Part shown: positions 60,695 through 64,000 of the stretch, one piece after another
How positions within the stretch are numbered: the stretch's first letter is position 1
How the letters are laid out: every line of letters starts with the position of its first letter
DNA from: Afipia sp. 64-13
GTDB taxonomy: Bacteria > Pseudomonadota > Alphaproteobacteria > Rhizobiales > Xanthobacteraceae
Length of the DNA stretch: 64,000 nucleotides
Direction: 5' to 3'
Assembly (NCBI GenBank): GCA_001897755.1
Contig: MKUJ01000003.1
Location: forward strand, 298,370 to 362,369
The notes under the pieces: model-generated
Told to the model about the DNA's origin: nothing
Seen by the model: only the letters and a program-made list of their open reading frames with translations
The model's database searches: none
Made by a program: the position numbers and the translations under genes

Positions 60695-61447
60695 CTAGGT
60701 CTGTTCTTCGAGCAAGCTTCTCAGGTTGCATGTGATCTTGGCCGAAATATCGGGCTGCGACATTCCGTGCAATCGCGCTATGCCCTCCACGGCGATCCAC
60801 ACATCGCTCGGCGTTGTGGGGCGGCCATCGGTTTGGGTGAACGGTCCGTCCGTCTCCGTCAAAATGCGATCTATAGGCAAAGCCTTGGTTGCTGCCGCGC
60901 GTTTCTCGTTGACGAGCATTTCGGCGTTCACTGAAAAATAGCAGCCGAGATCGACGGCTCTCCTGGCCTCTGCTGTGGTGCCGGTGAACCAATGAAGCAC
61001 CACCCGCCCGCGCGAGGGCGGCATGTATTGCTCGATCATATCGAGCACGGCCTTGGTCGCACGGACACTATGTGTCGACACGATCTTGTTCCCCGCCGCC
61101 GCACAGAGCGATAGCACGCGAGCGAAGACCTCCTTTTGGGCGTTGAAAGACTTGTAGAACCGCGGGCCGGCATCCAATCCGACCTCCCCAACATAGCGAG
61201 TTCGCGGCAGTAGCTCCTCCCATAGCCCGATCTCACGAGCGCGGTCGGCGACCAACTGAGGGTGCAGGCCGAGAGCCGCGCGAACGTGACGGGTGGCGGA
61301 TGCAAGTTCGTGGTTCCGCGGCCAAGCCTTGGGCGTGGTGGTCACAGCGAGAGTGAACACGCCATCGCGCTCGCAACGCTCCACCGCGGCCGCATGGTCG
61401 GGGTAGAGATCGAGGTGGCAATGAAAATCGACGAGACCTGATCGCAT
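60695..61447 (-). CDS. qatD: TatD-family metal-dependent hydrolase/DNase, QatD
   Basis: 250 aa with the TatD motifs DFHCHLD, GLHP, EVGLD, STHS, HWFTG and TETDGP. It is the last gene of a four-gene co-oriented block. Confidence 0.8.
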   Translation of the reverse strand: MRSGLVDFHCHLDLYPDHAAAVERCERDGVFTLAVTTTPKAWPRNHELASATRHVRAALGLHPQLVADRAREIGLWEELLPRTRYVGEVGLDAGPRFYKSFNAQKEVFARVLSLCAAAGNKIVSTHSVRATKAVLDMIEQYMPPSRGRVVLHWFTGTTAEARRAVDLGCYFSVNAEMLVNEKRAAATKALPIDRILTETDGPFTQTDGRPTTPSDVWIAVEGIARLHGMSQPDISAKITCNLRSLLEEQT

Positions 61448-61455
61448 GAGGCCTC

Positions 61456-62805
61456 TTACGACGGTGCGGCGCGAACGCCAGTCAGTAGGCGTCCGACTTC
61501 CTCCAGTCCACGGCGGTATACATCGGCCAAGTCATCGTGGCGGGAGGGGTCATCATAGAGTGGCCCCGGCTTGTGGATGAGAGCCTTGGCGAGTTCCGGG
61601 CGCTTCGATAGTCGTTCGATCGCGATCTGGAAGGATCGGACTTGCTGACCTTTGGCCTGTCGGGTGTCCAATGTGGCAGCTTTCAGGTCGGGTACGCCGT
61701 AAACGGTCGAATCTTTGCCTCGCAGAGAGGCCCGCCGAATGAGGCATGGCAGGCAGTATCCACAATGCCCCTGCGGCTTCTTGGTCCAACGCCCCTTCGT
61801 CGGTGACGAACAAGATAGTGACAGCGGGGCGAGCTGCTTCAACACGGCCGGACTGGCGCATTGGGCGACCATCTCCCCCTTGGTCTTGTCCCAATAGGGA
61901 TTCTCAACCTTTCCTCCGACGCCGAGCGCGTGGAGCAAATCGTTCCACCGGGTCATATAGAACGGATGCGTCGTCCGAGTGCTGAGCGCGCCGAGCCGAA
62001 GCCGATCGAGTGGCACATTGAGCGCGATCAGACCATTCTCCGGAACCTTCAGCACGAAGTCACGGCCTAGCGCGGTGCCGGCGGCGACACCTAGGGAGAA
62101 GAACAGGAACGAGCGGCCGCGCGTCGTGTCCTCCGATGCGACATCCTCGACGAGCCCGCTATCGAAGCTCATCCACACTCGCAGCCGATCGAAGGCGGAT
62201 GATTTGTAAGCGGCTTTCAAACCGTCGAAACACTGCTCCTGCGACTTGCTCACCAACCCTTCGCCCGCATGGCTGACCAGAAGCGGTGTCTCGCCAGCAT
62301 TCAAACTATCGATCGCGCCGATCAGGCTGTCCAAACCACCGGAGAACAGACTCACGCCATCGAACGGGGCAGGAATAAGGGTGGGTACCGCGACAGGAAC
62401 CAGCTTCGCATAGTCCTTGGCACGTTTGCGGAAGCCCACGTCCCATCTATCGCCGGTCAGGAAGTTGAGGGCGCGGACCAAGATGGGTGCCGCAGCCGTC
62501 CATCGCACCGGATCGCTCACGGGGATGACTAGCCGAATTTCACGCGTCCAGGCGTCCTGCGATTCCGTGGAGCGGGAGAGGCGGGTGTCCGCTGCGTGGA
62601 CATGGGCGGCAACGACGAGCATGTCCGCGCCGATTTCGCTCGGGGTCAGATGCAGCGCCTTGAGGTCGGCTAAAGCGCGGCCGATCCCGTGATCGAGACG
62701 CTTGCCTGCCACCAACTGCAAGGTCGATGCGACCTCGTCGCGCGCCTTCGGGACGCGGGTCTTATCGTCTGGACCGAAACGGCCGATGATGACATGGCGC
62801 CTCAT
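61456..62805 (-). CDS. qatC: QueC-like PP-loop ATPase, QatC
   Basis: 449 aa with the PP-loop SLFSGGLDS and the C-terminal Cys cluster CGYCLPCLIRR, as in QueC. An N-terminal extension is present. Confidence 0.8.
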   Translation of the reverse strand: MRRHVIIGRFGPDDKTRVPKARDEVASTLQLVAGKRLDHGIGRALADLKALHLTPSEIGADMLVVAAHVHAADTRLSRSTESQDAWTREIRLVIPVSDPVRWTAAAPILVRALNFLTGDRWDVGFRKRAKDYAKLVPVAVPTLIPAPFDGVSLFSGGLDSLIGAIDSLNAGETPLLVSHAGEGLVSKSQEQCFDGLKAAYKSSAFDRLRVWMSFDSGLVEDVASEDTTRGRSFLFFSLGVAAGTALGRDFVLKVPENGLIALNVPLDRLRLGALSTRTTHPFYMTRWNDLLHALGVGGKVENPYWDKTKGEMVAQCASPAVLKQLAPLSLSCSSPTKGRWTKKPQGHCGYCLPCLIRRASLRGKDSTVYGVPDLKAATLDTRQAKGQQVRSFQIAIERLSKRPELAKALIHKPGPLYDDPSRHDDLADVYRRGLEEVGRLLTGVRAAPS

Positions 62806-63680
62806 TTTTCTGCCTCCCCATCACCCATCGTCTGCAACACGTCGAAGGTGGATTGATAGACGCTGGTCACAAAGCCCATCACCGCATCAGGGGTCAGCGA
62901 CTGAATATTGACGCCCGCGGCGTTGATGGCGTCGCTGACACCGCGCTGGATGAAATCACGTAGTTGCGCCTCCACTCTCTCGGCCGCTTGCGGGTCGGTC
63001 GGCAAGGTCACGACCTTGGTGCCTATGTCGTTGCAGATACGAGCCTCGATCGCGTGCGTGGCATATAGTTCGAATACGGTTTGGATCTGGCCGGGTGTCA
63101 GCGCATCGATGTCGGTAATGCCGGCCCCAGCGAGATCGGCGATGGTCTCGACGAAGGCGTCTCGCGCGATGCCTTCGTCGATCGACCCGCCTTCGGGGCA
63201 GATGTAATCCGCGAGCCCCGCGAACACTTCCTCGATCGGCCGTCCGGCGAGGCTTTCTAGGTTGAGTGTTCGCAGCGCTTCGCGAACGCCATTGGCGCTG
63301 GCGTCGTTGAGGAATCGGACGAGCCCGGCACCCGCTCCTCGGGAAGAGCCCATGCGCTGCGCGGCCTGGCTCGAGCCGCCCGCCGATTTGGACACATACT
63401 GCGAGACAGCGCGGCCGAGGCTTTTGCGATCACTGCCGCCCGAGCTTGCGAAGCGCGTGAAATTGTTTCGGGCTGATGTGAAGCGATCCGATGCCCCTGC
63501 CGGCGCGGTTGGTCTAGACGCCGGCGCGGGAGGAACTGCTGGCGGTGATCCATCAGGCGACGTCGGTTGTGTTCCGTCGCCATCAGCCGCGCCCGTGCCG
63601 GTGCCGCCGCCGCCCTGCAGCCAACTCGGTATGAGCGGCGTGCTACCGCCCGCGCCACCATAGGCGCTCGACGTGCCCAT
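62802..63680 (-). CDS. qatB: QatB-like protein (Gly/Pro-rich N-terminal region, helical C-terminal domain)
   Basis: The start MGTSSAYGGAGGS at 63680 gives an ATGA overlap with the upstream gene; the maximal ORF reaches 63755. There is a 4-nt overlap with qatC. The assignment rests mainly on synteny. Confidence 0.6.
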   Translation of the reverse strand: MGTSSAYGGAGGSTPLIPSWLQGGGGTGTGAADGDGTQPTSPDGSPPAVPPAPASRPTAPAGASDRFTSARNNFTRFASSGGSDRKSLGRAVSQYVSKSAGGSSQAAQRMGSSRGAGAGLVRFLNDASANGVREALRTLNLESLAGRPIEEVFAGLADYICPEGGSIDEGIARDAFVETIADLAGAGITDIDALTPGQIQTVFELYATHAIEARICNDIGTKVVTLPTDPQAAERVEAQLRDFIQRGVSDAINAAGVNIQSLTPDAVMGFVTSVYQSTFDVLQTMGDGEAEK

Positions 63681-64000
63681 CAGCGGCCGCCTTTCCGTGT
63701 ACGAAGCGCGGCGCTGGCCGTCGTCTTCAAAAAGGCCGATTGTGACGTCGACCATTTTTGGAGGAGCTTTTCGAACCGGGCTACGGCGTCAGCATCTTTG
63801 ATGATGCTTTCCCAGCCGGACGCTGGCCACGGCCCGCACCGATCAGCCGGCAAGGCTTCGAGCAGATCGAGAAGGTTGGCTTGGAGCGTCGGGTGCGCGC
63901 GAACCAACACGGCGAGCCCGTCAATGCCGGGCGGCGCCGTATTGAAGGCATCGCCGCCCATAACGCGCCCGCGCAGTTCCTCGAAGACCTGCGCGGCTTC
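63680..64000 (-). CDS. qatA: C-terminal part of the first gene of the Qat operon (expected QatA ATPase); 5' end outside window
   Basis: An open reverse frame runs from the window edge to a TGA at 63680-63682. Only ~106 C-terminal codons are visible, with no diagnostic motif in them. The call is by position only. Confidence 0.4.
   Translation of the reverse strand, partial: EAAQVFEELRGRVMGGDAFNTAPPGIDGLAVLVRAHPTLQANLLDLLEALPADRCGPWPASGWESIIKDADAVARFEKLLQKWSTSQSAFLKTTASAALRTRKGGR

Overview
This looks like a high-GC alphaproteobacterial chromosome segment, though the taxon cannot be fixed from sequence alone. It changes character about half-way through.

**1 to 27.3 kb: ordinary metabolism and regulation.**
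- A fused ABC/HlyD exporter, phaC with a possible phasin, and a beta-oxidation-like acyl-CoA cluster under an IclR regulator.
- A formamidase locus (fmdA-amiS-fmdB) next to an unusual three-protein two-component set. That set includes a permease-histidine kinase fusion.
- A P1B-type metal ATPase.

**27.4 to 57.3 kb: a visibly more AT-rich mosaic island (composition judged by eye, not computed).**
- The left edge carries a decayed LysR gene.
- It holds a complete B12-dependent 2-hydroxyisobutyryl-CoA mutase (hcm) catabolic cluster. The cluster brings its own B12-type ABC importer, adenosyltransferase, G-protein chaperone, CoA ligase, MFS transporter and GntR regulator.
- An 11.8-kb IS1595-family transposon follows at 42661-54461, with 23-bp inverted repeats and a perfect 8-bp target duplication.
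- Its cargo is defence-like. It includes a GmrSD-type enzyme, a CoiA-like nuclease, a soluble FtsH-like protease and a secreted RCC1-repeat protein.
- The cargo also has a two-gene module whose second protein fuses a GIY-YIG/T5orf172-like domain to two tandem copies of the RNA polymerase alpha C-terminal domain. This is the best candidate for an undescribed system.
- The island ends in gene fragments and a frameshifted large serine recombinase.

**57.4 to 64 kb: two known defence systems.** A Gabija-like gajAB pair sits back to back with QatABCD (qatA is cut by the window edge).

No rRNA gene, tRNA gene or CRISPR array was seen. Many long ORFs in the track are antisense shadows typical of high-GC DNA.
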